From the NCBI GenBank assembly GCA_017616895.1, contig JAFZXE010000027.1, positions 18,438 to 82,437 on the forward strand: a stretch of 64,000 nt of DNA, given 5' to 3'. Every line of letters begins with the position of its first letter. Within the stretch, counting starts at the first letter, position 1. This stretch comes from Bacteroidales bacterium. GTDB taxonomy: Bacteria; Bacteroidota; Bacteroidia; Bacteroidales; P3. The notes under the pieces are model-generated. The model worked only from the letters and a program-made list of their open reading frames with translations, was not told the origin of the DNA and ran no database searches. A program made the position numbers and the translations under genes. This document shows, piece by piece, positions 1 to 9,744 of this stretch.

Positions 1-9
1 TTATATAAG

Positions 10-2721
10 ATGACAAAATTTGTTTACACCTTTGGCGGAAAGACAGCTGAAGGTAAAGCCGACATGAAGAATTTGCTGGGTGGCAAGGGTGCCAACCTGG
101 CCGAGATGTGTTTACTTGGTCTCCCGGTTCCCGCCGGATTGACCATCACTACCGAGTGCTGCACCGCCTACTACGCCAACAACTGCCAACTTCCTGCAGG
201 CCTTATGGATGAAGTCTGGGCTGGCATGAAAAATGTTGAAAATCTTATGGGTATGCGCTACGACGATGCCGAGAACCCGCTGCTTGTCAGCTGCCGTTCA
301 GGTGCTCGTTCCTCCATGCCCGGCATGATGGGCACCGTCCTCAATATCGGCCTCTCGAGCAAGACCATCCCCGGTATGCTCAAGAAGACCAACAACCCTC
401 GTTTCGTCTATGACTCCTACCGCCGTCTCATCATGATGTATGCCGACGTCGTTATGGAGAAGTCCGAAGGCATCGAACCTGCCGACGGTAAAGGCATCCG
501 CAAGCAGCTCGACGACATGCTCGACGCTTTCAAGGAGAAAAAAGGCTACAAGAGCGACACCGACCTCACTGCCGACGACCTCAAAGGTCTCGCCGAGGAT
601 TTCAAGAAGAAGGTGAAAGAGGTGCTCGGCACCGAGTTCCCCGACGATGCCCGCGCTCAGATGGAAGGCGGCATCAAGGCCGTTTTCAAATCATGGAACG
701 GCAAGAAAGCCATCAGCTACCGTCGCATCGAGGGTATTCCCGACGACTGGGGCACCGCTGTCAATGTTCAAGCTATGGTCTTCGGCAACATGGGCGACAA
801 CAGCGCCACAGGTGTTGCTTTCACCCGTAACCCTGCCACTGGCGACAACCAGTTCTACGGCGAGTGGCTCATCAACGCCCAGGGCGAAGATGTCGTGGCC
901 GGCATCCGCACTCCCAACCCGCTCAACGACGACACCAAGAACGAGCAGAACAAGCACATGCACTCCATGCAAGAGCTTATGCCCGAGACATATAAGGAAC
1001 TCTGCGACATCCGTCAGACCCTCGAGCACAGCTTCCACGACATGCTCGACATCGAGTTCACCATCCAGGACGGCAAGCTCTACATGCTCCAGTGCCGCGT
1101 CGGAAAACGCACCGGAGTCGCTGCCCTCACCATGGCTACCGACATGGCCAAGGAAGGCCTCATCGACGAGAAAGAGGTCGTCATGCGTGTGTCTCCCACC
1201 CAGCTCGACGAGCTTCTGCACCCCATCCTCGACGCTGCCGACGAGAAGAAGCACACCGTCATCGCCAAAGGTCTGCCCGCAGGCCCTGGTGGTTCCTACG
1301 GTCGCATTGCCCTCTCAAGCGAGAAAGCCAAAGAGTATGAGGCTGCCAAGATTAAGAACATCCTCGTCCGCGAAGAGACTAATCCTGAGGACGTTGAAGG
1401 TATGCGTGCCGCCAACGGTATCCTCACCGCTCGCGGTGGTATGACCTCCCACGCTGCTCTCGTTGCTCGTGGTTGGGGCAAATGCTGCATCGTTGGTTGC
1501 GAGGCAGTTAAGATTGATTTCGACACCAAGACCGTCACCATCGGCGACAAGGTCTTCCACGAGGGCGACACCATCTCGCTCAACGGCACCAAAGGCTGGG
1601 TCTATGCTGAAGAAGTGAAGATGATCAACGCTACCGAAAATCCTCTGTTCCAGCAGTTCATGAAGCTGGTTGACAAATATCGCACCCTCGGTGTCCGCAC
1701 CAATGCCGACAACCCTGACGATGCTCGCCGTGCCATCGCCTTCGGTGCCGAAGGTATCGGACTCTTCCGCATCGAGCACATGTTCTATGGCGAGAACAGC
1801 GAGAAACCTCTCGAGAAACTCCGCAACATGATTCTGGCCAACACCCTCGAAGAGCGCGTCAAAGCCCTCAACGACCTCGAGCCAGATATGAAGGAATTTG
1901 CCAAAGCTACACTTTATGTGATGGATGGCAAACCTCTGACTTTCCGTCTTATGGACCCGCCACTGCACGAGTTCGTTCCTCAGACCGAAGAGAAGCAGCG
2001 TGCCGTCGCCAAAGAGCGTGGCATGAGCTACGACGACCTCCACGCCCGTGTTGAGTCCATGCACGAGGTCAACCCCATGATGGGTCTCCGTGGTGTCCGT
2101 CTCGGCATCGTCTATCCCGAAATCACCGAGATGCAGTTCCGCGCCCTCTTCAGCGCCACTGCCGAGCTCATGAAGGAAGGTCACGACCCGCACCTCGAAA
2201 TCATGGTCCCGCTGACTATCAACGCTCTCGAACTCAAGCACCAGAAAGCCATCGCCACCAAGGTCAAAGCCGAAGTCGAGGCTAAATACGGTGTCAACAT
2301 CAACTACCTCTTCGGCACCATGATTGAAATCCCGCGTGCCGCTCTCGTAGCCGACAAGATTGCCGAGGTGGCCGAGTTCTTCAGCTTCGGTACCAACGAC
2401 TTGACTCAGATGACCTACGGTTTCAGCCGTGACGACGTCAACGCCATCGTCCACAAATACATCGACGAGAAGATCATCCCCGCCGACCCGTTCAACACCT
2501 TCGACCAGGAGTGTGTCGGTCAGCTGGTTGAACTCGGTGTGCAGCGTGGACGCGGCACCCGTCAGAACCTCAAATGCGGTGTCTGCGGTGAGCACGGTGG
2601 TGATCCCGCCTCTGTCGAGTTCTTCTTCAAAGCCGGACTCAACTACGTCAGTTGCAGCCCCTTCCGCGTACCTCTGGCACGTCTGGCAGCTGCCCAAGCC
2701 GCCATCAAGGCTTCAAGATAA
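10..2721 (+). CDS. ppdK: pyruvate, phosphate dikinase
   Basis: 903-aa ORF. It has the ATP-grasp motif GGKGANLAEM, the phosphohistidine swivel motif GGMTSHAALVARG, and a C-terminal PEP-utilizer TIM domain (GTNDLTQ, CGEHGGDP). Confidence 0.95.
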   Translation: MTKFVYTFGGKTAEGKADMKNLLGGKGANLAEMCLLGLPVPAGLTITTECCTAYYANNCQLPAGLMDEVWAGMKNVENLMGMRYDDAENPLLVSCRSGARSSMPGMMGTVLNIGLSSKTIPGMLKKTNNPRFVYDSYRRLIMMYADVVMEKSEGIEPADGKGIRKQLDDMLDAFKEKKGYKSDTDLTADDLKGLAEDFKKKVKEVLGTEFPDDARAQMEGGIKAVFKSWNGKKAISYRRIEGIPDDWGTAVNVQAMVFGNMGDNSATGVAFTRNPATGDNQFYGEWLINAQGEDVVAGIRTPNPLNDDTKNEQNKHMHSMQELMPETYKELCDIRQTLEHSFHDMLDIEFTIQDGKLYMLQCRVGKRTGVAALTMATDMAKEGLIDEKEVVMRVSPTQLDELLHPILDAADEKKHTVIAKGLPAGPGGSYGRIALSSEKAKEYEAAKIKNILVREETNPEDVEGMRAANGILTARGGMTSHAALVARGWGKCCIVGCEAVKIDFDTKTVTIGDKVFHEGDTISLNGTKGWVYAEEVKMINATENPLFQQFMKLVDKYRTLGVRTNADNPDDARRAIAFGAEGIGLFRIEHMFYGENSEKPLEKLRNMILANTLEERVKALNDLEPDMKEFAKATLYVMDGKPLTFRLMDPPLHEFVPQTEEKQRAVAKERGMSYDDLHARVESMHEVNPMMGLRGVRLGIVYPEITEMQFRALFSATAELMKEGHDPHLEIMVPLTINALELKHQKAIATKVKAEVEAKYGVNINYLFGTMIEIPRAALVADKIAEVAEFFSFGTNDLTQMTYGFSRDDVNAIVHKYIDEKIIPADPFNTFDQECVGQLVELGVQRGRGTRQNLKCGVCGEHGGDPASVEFFFKAGLNYVSCSPFRVPLARLAAAQAAIKASR

Positions 2722-2774
2722 ACCGACGCCCAACTTAAAGAAAATGACAACTTTAAGGTAAAAACAACCCAAGA

Positions 2775-2816
2775 GAATGTGTTATTGCACCCCAACGCAA
2801 TAACACATTCTTTTTA
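2775..2816 (+). terminator. rho-independent terminator after ppdK
   Basis: Perfect 14-bp stem GAATGTGTTATTGC / GCAATAACACATTC with an 8-nt loop, followed by TTTTT. The arms are inverted copies of the TTAACGCAAT/ACACATT word family. Confidence 0.8.
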
Positions 2817-2827
2817 ATAAAACCCCC

Positions 2828-2868
2828 TCTAGAAAATCTAGTATATCTAGAAAATCTAGTTCCTCTAG
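2828..2868. repeat. tandem word array (TCTAGAAAATCTAG x2 plus partial copy)
   Basis: Direct reading gives TCTAGAAAATCTAGTATATCTAGAAAATCTAGTTCCTCTAG, upstream of sdaA. Confidence 0.8.
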
Positions 2869-2883
2869 CCCTTCTAAACAAAA

Positions 2884-4086
2884 ATGGAATCCATAACCAA
2901 AATCTACAAAGACGGCTTCGGACCTTCCTCCAGCCACACCATGGGACCCCACAAAGCGGCCACCATGTTCAAGGAAAAGAACCCCACTGCAGCCAAGTTC
3001 CGCGTAACCCTCTACGGTTCCCTCGCCGCTACAGGCAAAGGCCACCTTACCGACCAGGCCATCATTGCCGCCTCTGCTCCCATTCCCGTCGAGATAGTGT
3101 GGCGTGCCGACATAGTCCCCGAGTTCCACACCAACGGTATGCTCTACGAAGCCCTCGACCCACAAGGCAACGTCACCGACAACTGGACCATCTACAGCAT
3201 CGGTGGCGGCAACCTCGCCAACGAGCAGACCCTCTCCGACACCAAGGAGGTCTATCAGTTCTCCCACATCAGCGAAGTCCTCGACTACATCGAGAAAGAG
3301 GGCCTCAACTACTGGGAGTATGTCGAACAGTGTGAAGGCAAAGAAATCTGGGACTACCTCGCACGCATGTGGCAAATCATGCAGGACACCATCGAGGAAG
3401 GCCTCCACACCGACGGAGTCATCCAGGGTGGTCTCAAGCTCCGAAGCAAAGCACGTCAGTATTTCGTCCGTGCCTCCAGCTTCAAGCCCTCCCTCCAGAG
3501 CCGTGCCCTCGTCATAGCCTATGCCCTTGCTACCTCCGAGCGTAACGCTACTGGCGGTCATATAGTTACAGCTCCCACTTGTGGCTCTGCCGGAGTTCTT
3601 CCCGCCGTGCTCTACCACCTCAAGAAGAACCACCTCTTCTCCGAAAAGTCCATACTCAAAGCCATGGCCACCGCCGGACTCTTCGCCAACGTCATCAAAA
3701 CCCAGGCCTCCATTTCCGGAGCCGAAGTAGGCTGTCAAGGCGAAGTCGGAAGTGCCTGTGTCATGGCTGCAGTAGCTGCAAACCAACTCTTTGGCGGAAG
3801 CCCCCAGCAGATTGAATATGCTGCCGAGATGGCCATGGAGCACAACCTCGGACTCACCTGCGACCCCATGTGCGGCCTCGTCCAGATTCCCTGCATCGAG
3901 CGCAACGCCATGGCTGCTCTCCGTGCTCTCGACATCAACATCTACGCCATGATGTCCGACGGCAAGCACCTCATCTCCTTCGACAAGGTGGTCCGCACCA
4001 TGAACCTCACCGGCAAAGACCTCCCCAGCCTCTACAAAGAAACCGCCCAAGGTGGCCTAGCCCTCCTCACCGACGAAGAAAACTAG
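2884..4086 (+). CDS. sdaA: L-serine ammonia-lyase (iron-sulfur dependent, single-chain)
   Basis: 400-aa ORF with N-terminal GPSSSHTMGP, TAPTCGSAGV, and a cysteine-containing C-terminal alpha domain. These are typical of the SdaA family. Confidence 0.9.
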   Translation: MESITKIYKDGFGPSSSHTMGPHKAATMFKEKNPTAAKFRVTLYGSLAATGKGHLTDQAIIAASAPIPVEIVWRADIVPEFHTNGMLYEALDPQGNVTDNWTIYSIGGGNLANEQTLSDTKEVYQFSHISEVLDYIEKEGLNYWEYVEQCEGKEIWDYLARMWQIMQDTIEEGLHTDGVIQGGLKLRSKARQYFVRASSFKPSLQSRALVIAYALATSERNATGGHIVTAPTCGSAGVLPAVLYHLKKNHLFSEKSILKAMATAGLFANVIKTQASISGAEVGCQGEVGSACVMAAVAANQLFGGSPQQIEYAAEMAMEHNLGLTCDPMCGLVQIPCIERNAMAALRALDINIYAMMSDGKHLISFDKVVRTMNLTGKDLPSLYKETAQGGLALLTDEEN

Positions 4087-4093
4087 CCGTTTG

Positions 4094-4564
4094 ATGCCCC
4101 GTACTCGGATTCTTTTCGTCTGCCTTGGCAACATTTGTCGCAGCCAGATGGCCGAAGCTATGTTTCTTGCCATGCTTAAAGGAAGGGGAGAAGCAGACAA
4201 CTACGAAATCGACTCTGCCGGCACCAGCGACGAAGAGCACGGCAACCCAATGTATCCCCCTGCACGTCGTTGCCTGTTGGCTCACGGCATTGACCCCGGC
4301 GCCCACCGTGCCCGTCAGATAACCCCTGCCGACTACGACCTCTTCGACCATATTATATTAATGGAAGAGGCCAACCTCCGTCAGCTCCGCCGCACCATCC
4401 CAGATGACCCCGAGGGCAAAATCACCCTTCTGCTCGACCATGTCCCCAACGCCTCCCACCGCAACATAGCCGACCCCTGGTACACAGGCGACTTCGAAAC
4501 CACCTACAACGACCTCCTCCTGGGCCTCAACGCCCTCCTGCAGAGCCTGCAGGGGAACCTCTAA
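4094..4564 (+). CDS. low-molecular-weight protein-tyrosine phosphatase
   Basis: Has the CX5R(S) P-loop CLGNICRS near the N-terminus and the DPWY acid loop. I chose the ATG at 4094, one codon inside the TTG listed at 4091. Confidence 0.85.
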   Translation: MPRTRILFVCLGNICRSQMAEAMFLAMLKGRGEADNYEIDSAGTSDEEHGNPMYPPARRCLLAHGIDPGAHRARQITPADYDLFDHIILMEEANLRQLRRTIPDDPEGKITLLLDHVPNASHRNIADPWYTGDFETTYNDLLLGLNALLQSLQGNL

Positions 4565-4623
4565 AAACGCTGAAAGGTTGACACTTCATGTGGCGACATT
4601 TTTGCTTAATTCATTTTTATGAG

Positions 4624-4631
4624 TATCTTTG
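4624..4631 (+). promoter_or_regulatory. Bacteroidota sigma-A -7 box (TAnnTTTG)
   Basis: TATCTTTG lies 97 nt upstream of the ATG at 4728. Confidence 0.5.
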
Positions 4632-4727
4632 CAAAACCAAAACAACTGCTTGACGAGGTAATGGGTTTCCCCTGGTCGGGTGGTTCGACAATACAAGCTG
4701 AACCCGTCATTTTATTCTTTTAGCGAA

Positions 4728-5189
4728 ATGAAAAGAACGTTTTTACTGATTGCCTGCTGCCTCGCGCTACTGGCCATGAGCAGCTGCAAGTCGTACACTC
4801 ACAGCATGCACGACCCCAACATCAGGTACAACTTCACCTCCGACGACCTTGAACTTTCCGAGCAGGTCATCGGCGAGGCCGAAGTGGTCAAGATTCTCGG
4901 CGTCGATTGGAAGAGACTTTTCGGAACCTCAAAATCGGGCAAGTGCAACGGCATCTCGATGGCACAGATTCCAGTGCTTGGCGGAATTGTGGATAAAGGC
5001 GCCAGCTATGCTCTCTACGAACTGATGGAGAAGTATCCCGGATACGATGTCGTCGTATATCCTCAGATTGAGACCAACCGCCGCGCTCCAGTTCTGGGTT
5101 CCAACATCTATTCGGTGACGAAATACAAGGTGGTGGCGCGTCTCGGCAAGCTCAAGAACTCCCAACCCGCAAAGCCGAGTGCCAACTAA
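4728..5189 (+). CDS. hypothetical lipoprotein
   Basis: The internal ATG gives MKRTFLLIACCLALLAMSSC, a signal peptide plus lipobox Cys. No recognisable domain. Confidence 0.6.
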   Translation: MKRTFLLIACCLALLAMSSCKSYTHSMHDPNIRYNFTSDDLELSEQVIGEAEVVKILGVDWKRLFGTSKSGKCNGISMAQIPVLGGIVDKGASYALYELMEKYPGYDVVVYPQIETNRRAPVLGSNIYSVTKYKVVARLGKLKNSQPAKPSAN

Positions 5190-5237
5190 TCTGAGGCACA
5201 CGTCGCCGGGAATATAATCCTGACGAAAACGTAAAAC

Positions 5238-5275
5238 AAAACAGGTTGCCACAACGAGTGACAACCTGTTTTTAA
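5238..5275 (+). terminator. rho-independent terminator
   Basis: Stem AAACAGGTTG / CAACCTGTTT followed by a T-run, 50 nt after the stop at 5189. Confidence 0.75.
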
Positions 5276-5391
5276 TATGTGGCTGACAGCTATTATTCGG
5301 AGAGAAATATCTCAGATTTCTTGAAGAAATACTCCATTTTGTTTTATTTCTACTCTAATTCTGTTTTATTTCTCTTCCGCTAACCGCTAAA

Positions 5392-5844
5392 TTACTGCAG
5401 TATCGACAGTATCGACGACACCGTCGAAGCTGCTGTCGAGATGTTATTTCTCGTCGTGGTGCTCAACCCAGCCGCGTTCTCGATCTGGTTCACCAGCGAG
5501 TAGGCGTTGTTGTTGGTGATGATGCCCGAACCGCCGAGCACCATGCCGCTCACGAACGACTTGCGGTAGTCCTTGTTGCCCTTGTTGTTTTTCAACTGCG
5601 TGTAGGCCGTCACCAGTGCCAGCGTGTTGGTTATGTTCGACGCGTTGGTCATGTCCAGTTTCTTGGTGGCCTTGTAGTTGTTGTAAAGACCGATGATAGC
5701 CTGTCCGCAAGCAGTTCCGTTGGCGGTGGCTGCCGTGTTGCTTCCGAGTGCGTTGCTAACAGCGCGACTGGTGCTGGTGGTGCTGCCGCATGAGGCGAAG
5801 AGTACCGCTGCGACACACATCATGATGATTCCGAGTTTTTTCAT
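5392..5844 (-). CDS. hypothetical lipoprotein
   Basis: MKKLGIIMMCVAAVLFASCGS signal/lipobox. The mature part is S/T/N-rich with no recognisable domain. Confidence 0.6.
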   Translation of the reverse strand: MKKLGIIMMCVAAVLFASCGSTTSTSRAVSNALGSNTAATANGTACGQAIIGLYNNYKATKKLDMTNASNITNTLALVTAYTQLKNNKGNKDYRKSFVSGMVLGGSGIITNNNAYSLVNQIENAAGLSTTTRNNISTAASTVSSILSILQ

Positions 5845-5886
5845 GTTTCTATTATTTTGAGGTTAATTTTTTCCCGTTTCGCGACG

Positions 5887-5894
5887 CAAAGTTA
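5887..5894 (-). promoter_or_regulatory. Bacteroidota -7 box (TAACTTTG on minus strand)
   Basis: The plus strand reads CAAAGTTA, 43 nt upstream of the minus-strand ATG at 5844. Confidence 0.55.
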
Positions 5895-5927
5895 CTAACT
5901 TTTTTTGAAAACAAACAAAAATATGCG

Positions 5928-5935
5928 TACCTTTG
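5928..5935 (+). promoter_or_regulatory. Bacteroidota -7 box (TACCTTTG)
   Basis: Lies 77 nt upstream of the pruA ATG at 6012. Confidence 0.55.
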
Positions 5936-6011
5936 CAGTCGTCATACGTTACGATAACATTAACGATAACGCCAACCTTCGACAATAACAAACACATAAA
6001 CAAATACTTTT

Positions 6012-7646
6012 ATGAACAACACAATCTTTTCATTCCCGAAGCCTGAGAACGAGCCCGTTCTCGGTTACAAACCTGGCAGCGCCGAGCGCAAGGAAATCCG
6101 CAAGGCCCTCGAAGACCTCTACAAGAAAACCACCACCATCTGCCCCATAATCGGCGGCAAGGAGATCAAGACCAAAGAGATGGGCCAGATTGTCATGCCC
6201 ACCGACAACAAGCACGTCTTGGCCAAATACTATAAAGTTACCGACAAAGAGGTGAAGGCTGCCATCGCCGCCGCAATGAAAGCTCACGAGGAGTGGGCCA
6301 ACATGCCTTGGATCGACCGCGCCAGCATCATGCAGAAAATAGCCACCCTCATCTCCGGCAAATACCGTTGGCTCATCAACGCAGCCACCATGCTCGGACA
6401 GGGCAAAACCACCATGCAGGCCGAAATCGACTCGGCTTGCGAGCTCGTTGACTTCCTCCGCTACAATGCCTACTACGCTTCGCAGATCTACAGCGACCAG
6501 CCTTGCAGCGACAAGGGCACCCTCAACTACGTGACCTACCGTCCTCTCGAGGGCTTCGTGTTCGCCATCACCCCGTTCAACTTCACCTCCATCGCCTCCA
6601 ACCTCTGCCTCAGCCCCGTGCTCATGGGCAATGTCTGCATCTGGAAGCCTTCCACCACCGCCATGCTCTCCAACTACCTCCTCATGAAGATTTACAAAGA
6701 GGCAGGTCTGCCCGACGGCGTTGTCAACTTCCTCCCCGGCAGCGGCTCACTCATCGGCAAGGTGGCCTTCGCCGACGAGAACCTCGCCGGTGTGCACTTC
6801 ACCGGCTCGACCGGCACCTTCAACAGCTTCTGGAAATCCATCGGTGACAACATCGCCAAATACAAGACCTATCCCAAGATTGTCGGCGAGACCGGCGGCA
6901 AGGACTTCATCTTCGCCCACAAGAGTGCCGACCCCGAGCAGGTGGCCACTGCCATCGTCCGTGGCGCCTTCGAGTATCAGGGTCAGAAATGCTCCGCAGC
7001 CAGCCGTGCCTACGTTCCCAAGAGCCTCTGGCCCAAGGTGCAGAAGCTGGTCGGCAAGATGATTGACGAAATCAAGGTCGGCGATGTCCGCGACTTCAGT
7101 GCCTTCGTCAACGCCGTCATCGACGAAGCCTCCTTCGACAACTGCATGCGCTATATCGACCATGCCAAGAAGAGCAAGGATGCCGAGATAGTCTTCGGCG
7201 GTAAGGGCGACAAGAAGAAAGGTTGGTTCATCCAGCCCACCGTCATCCTCGCCAAGACCCCCAAATACAAATCCATGTGCGAGGAAATCTTCGGACCTAT
7301 CATCACCATCTATGTCTATGAGGATGCCAAGTACGAGCAGACCCTCCACCTCTGCGACGAGACCTCTCCCTATGCCCTCACCGGTGCCATCTTTGCCGAC
7401 GACCGCAAGGCTCTCCGTCAGGGTGCCGAGATTCTGAAATATGCAGCCGGCAACATCTATTACAACGACAAGCCCACCGGAGCTGTCGTAGGTCAGCAGC
7501 CCTTCGGAGGTGCCCGTGCCAGCGGCACCAACGACAAGGCCGGTTCCTACCTCAACCTCATCCGCTGGACCTCGCCTCAGGCCATCAAAGAGACCTTCGA
7601 CCCCGCCCGCAACTACGCCTACCCCTTCATCAGCAAGGAAGACTAA
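6012..7646 (+). CDS. pruA: L-glutamate gamma-semialdehyde (1-pyrroline-5-carboxylate) dehydrogenase
   Basis: 544-aa aldehyde dehydrogenase with FTGSTGTF, GETGGKDF and the catalytic EYQGQKCSAASR. Length and N-terminus are typical of stand-alone P5C dehydrogenases. Confidence 0.9.
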   Translation: MNNTIFSFPKPENEPVLGYKPGSAERKEIRKALEDLYKKTTTICPIIGGKEIKTKEMGQIVMPTDNKHVLAKYYKVTDKEVKAAIAAAMKAHEEWANMPWIDRASIMQKIATLISGKYRWLINAATMLGQGKTTMQAEIDSACELVDFLRYNAYYASQIYSDQPCSDKGTLNYVTYRPLEGFVFAITPFNFTSIASNLCLSPVLMGNVCIWKPSTTAMLSNYLLMKIYKEAGLPDGVVNFLPGSGSLIGKVAFADENLAGVHFTGSTGTFNSFWKSIGDNIAKYKTYPKIVGETGGKDFIFAHKSADPEQVATAIVRGAFEYQGQKCSAASRAYVPKSLWPKVQKLVGKMIDEIKVGDVRDFSAFVNAVIDEASFDNCMRYIDHAKKSKDAEIVFGGKGDKKKGWFIQPTVILAKTPKYKSMCEEIFGPIITIYVYEDAKYEQTLHLCDETSPYALTGAIFADDRKALRQGAEILKYAAGNIYYNDKPTGAVVGQQPFGGARASGTNDKAGSYLNLIRWTSPQAIKETFDPARNYAYPFISKED

Positions 7647-7686
7647 GCAGGGTCGTCAGACTATACAAACCCACAATTACACGCAC

Positions 7687-7725
7687 AGAAGCGGGGCAAC
7701 CATCAATTGCCCCGCTTCTTTTTTA
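7687..7725 (+). terminator. rho-independent terminator after pruA
   Basis: 13-bp stem AGAAGCGGGGCAA / TTGCCCCGCTTCT followed by TTTTTT. Confidence 0.85.
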
Positions 7726-7734
7726 CCCCAGCAT

Positions 7735-7752
7735 CCCCCCCCAAAAAAAAAA
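7735..7752. repeat. homopolymer tract C8 A10
   Basis: Direct count gives C at 7735-7742 and A at 7743-7752. A second C6A7 tract is at 7833-7845. Confidence 0.9.
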
Positions 7753-7774
7753 CATATTAAACCCCGCACCCAAA

Positions 7775-7902
7775 ACTTCATACAGCCCCCACGCAACCTC
7801 CAATCCAACCCCACAACCCAAACTTCATACATCCCCCCAAAAAAACTCCAATCCAATCCCACAACCCAGACTTCATACAGACTTCATACAGACCTGATAC
7901 AG
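7775..7902. repeat. C/A-rich word array (ACTTCATACAG family) with a 34-nt direct repeat
   Basis: CTCCAATCCAA(C/T)CCCACAACCCA(A/G)ACTTCATACA occurs at 7798-7831 and 7846-7879 (2 mismatches). Tandem 11-mers ACTTCATACAG, ACTTCATACAG, ACCTGATACAG are at 7870-7902. Confidence 0.9.
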
Positions 7903-7989
7903 ACCCCACCCATACCTTGAGCACACCGCTATTCCAAAAGTGAGGGAACAAACAGATGTGTTTATTCTGAAAAAATTAGTATCTTTGCA

Positions 7990-7997
7990 TATTTAAT
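7990..7997 (+). promoter_or_regulatory. Bacteroidota -7 box (TATCTTTG)
   Basis: Lies 41 nt upstream of the glnS ATG. Confidence 0.6.
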
Positions 7998-8037
7998 GAA
8001 TAGTCTTTATATATATAATATTCTATAATTCTTTAAT

Positions 8038-9741
8038 ATGGATAACGAAATCAAGTGCGAAGAGCAGGGGAGACAGTTGAACTTTCTGGAGGAGATTATT
8101 GAGGACGACCTGAAAAACGGTGTCCACAAATCGATATTGACGCGTTTCCCCCCCGAGCCTAACGGCTACCTGCATATCGGCCACGCAAAGTCGATCTGCC
8201 TCAATTTCGGACTTGGCCTCAAATATGGCGGCAAGACCAACCTGCGCTTTGACGACACCAACCCCGTGAAGGAGGACACCGAGTATGTAGAATCCATCAT
8301 GGAAGACATCAAGTGGCTCGGTTTCCAGTGGGCCGGCGTACACTATACGTCCGACTATTTCGACCAGCTCTACGAGTGGGCAGTCGTATTGATTAAGAAA
8401 GGACTGGCCTACGTCGACGACCAGACACTCGACGAGATACGCGCCAATCGCGGCACAGTGACGCAGCCGGGCAAGAACAGTCCCTGGCGGGATCGTTCGA
8501 TAGAGGAAAACCTCGACCTGTTTGAGAGGATGAAAGCCGGTGAGTTTGCCGACGGCGAGAAAGTTCTGCGCGCCAAGATTGATATGGCTCACCCCAACAT
8601 GCAGTTCCGCGACCCCATCATGTATCGCATACTGCACGCTTCGCACCATCGCACGGGCGACAAGTGGTGCATCTACCCGATGTACGACTACGCTCACGGT
8701 CAGAGCGACTCCATCGAGAACATTACCCACAGCATCTGCACGCTGGAATTCGACATCCACCGTCCGCTCTACGACTGGTTCATAGAGAAGTTGGAAATAT
8801 TTCCCAGTCACCAGTATGAGTTTGCAAGGCTGAACATCAACTACACCGTGATGTCGAAACGCAAACTGCTGCAGCTGGTGAAGGAAGGGCATGTGAGCGG
8901 ATGGGATGACCCGCGTATGCCGACTATCTGCGGATTTCGCCGCAGGGGTTACACTCCCGAAAGCATCAAGGCGTTCTGCGACCGTATCGGGGTGGCAAAA
9001 CGCGACAACATCATCGACTACTCGCTGCTTGAGTTTTCACTACGTGAACACCTCAACAAAGTGGCTCTGCGCCGTATGGCTGTCCTCGACCCCGTGAAGG
9101 TCGTAATCGACAACTATCCCGATGGGCAGAGCGAGATGCTCACCGCCGTCAACAATCCTGAATGTGAGGCCGACGGCACCCGCCAGGTCCCATTCTCGAA
9201 GGAACTCTACATCGAACGCGAGGACTTTATGGAGGTTGCTCCAAAGAAATACTTCCGAATGGCGATAGGTCAGGAGGTGCGTCTCCGCTACGCTTACTTC
9301 GTGACGGCTCAGAGCGTTGAGAAGGACGCCGACGGCAACATCACTTGCATCCACTGCACCTACGATCCGGCAACCCGCGGCGGCGACGCCCCCGACGGAC
9401 GCAAGGTCAAAGGCACCATCCACTGGGTGAGTGCTCAGCATGCCATCGACGCCGAGGTGCGTCTCTTCGACCGCCTCTTTGCTGTCGAAGCGCCCGACGA
9501 CTGTCCCGAAGGCAAGACCTTCCTCGACAACCTCAATCCCGACTCGCTCAAGGTGATGAATGCCAAATGCGAACCAGCCCTTCAAAATTCAAAATTCGAT
9601 ATTCAAAATTGGAAAGACGGCATCGCTCGCTACCAGTTCGAACGCATGGGCTATTTCTGCATCGACAAGGATTCAACCCCCGAACACCTCGTGTTCAACC
9701 GCACAGCAACCCTGAAAGACAGCTGGGCAAAGGTGAAGTGA
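8038..9741 (+). CDS. glnS: glutamine--tRNA ligase
   Basis: 567 aa with the class I HIGH motif ([13 protein letters not shown]) and KMSKS variant (VMSKRK). The GlnRS-type C-terminal anticodon-binding beta-barrels are present. Confidence 0.95.
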   Translation: MDNEIKCEEQGRQLNFLEEIIEDDLKNGVHKSILTRFPPEPNGYLHIGHAKSICLNFGLGLKYGGKTNLRFDDTNPVKEDTEYVESIMEDIKWLGFQWAGVHYTSDYFDQLYEWAVVLIKKGLAYVDDQTLDEIRANRGTVTQPGKNSPWRDRSIEENLDLFERMKAGEFADGEKVLRAKIDMAHPNMQFRDPIMYRILHASHHRTGDKWCIYPMYDYAHGQSDSIENITHSICTLEFDIHRPLYDWFIEKLEIFPSHQYEFARLNINYTVMSKRKLLQLVKEGHVSGWDDPRMPTICGFRRRGYTPESIKAFCDRIGVAKRDNIIDYSLLEFSLREHLNKVALRRMAVLDPVKVVIDNYPDGQSEMLTAVNNPECEADGTRQVPFSKELYIEREDFMEVAPKKYFRMAIGQEVRLRYAYFVTAQSVEKDADGNITCIHCTYDPATRGGDAPDGRKVKGTIHWVSAQHAIDAEVRLFDRLFAVEAPDDCPEGKTFLDNLNPDSLKVMNAKCEPALQNSKFDIQNWKDGIARYQFERMGYFCIDKDSTPEHLVFNRTATLKDSWAKVK

Positions 9742-9744
9742 ACG

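Noticed and set aside
1315-2697. Long antisense or overlapping ORFs inside well-supported genes. Examples are 1315-2697(-), 2782-4050(-), 8023-8892(-), 15804-17138(-), 20255-21292(-), 34414-36465(-), 36820-37917(-), 40984-42945(-), 45471-46301(-), 56056-57018(+) and 57964-59415(+).
   Set aside because: Each lies opposite or out of frame to a gene with clear family motifs. Their translations are low-complexity (rich in G, V, A, H and R) with no recognisable motifs. That is typical of shadow ORFs in moderately GC-rich coding DNA.
7510-7920. 136-aa ORF (and the similar 14083-14466 ORF, RFERFKRFKRFKGFKRV) reading through repeat arrays.
   Set aside because: The periodic peptide sequences (NPTTQTSY x2; KRF/KGF repeats) are simply translations of the DNA words. 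The ORFs overlap the 3' ends of real genes and have no start context.
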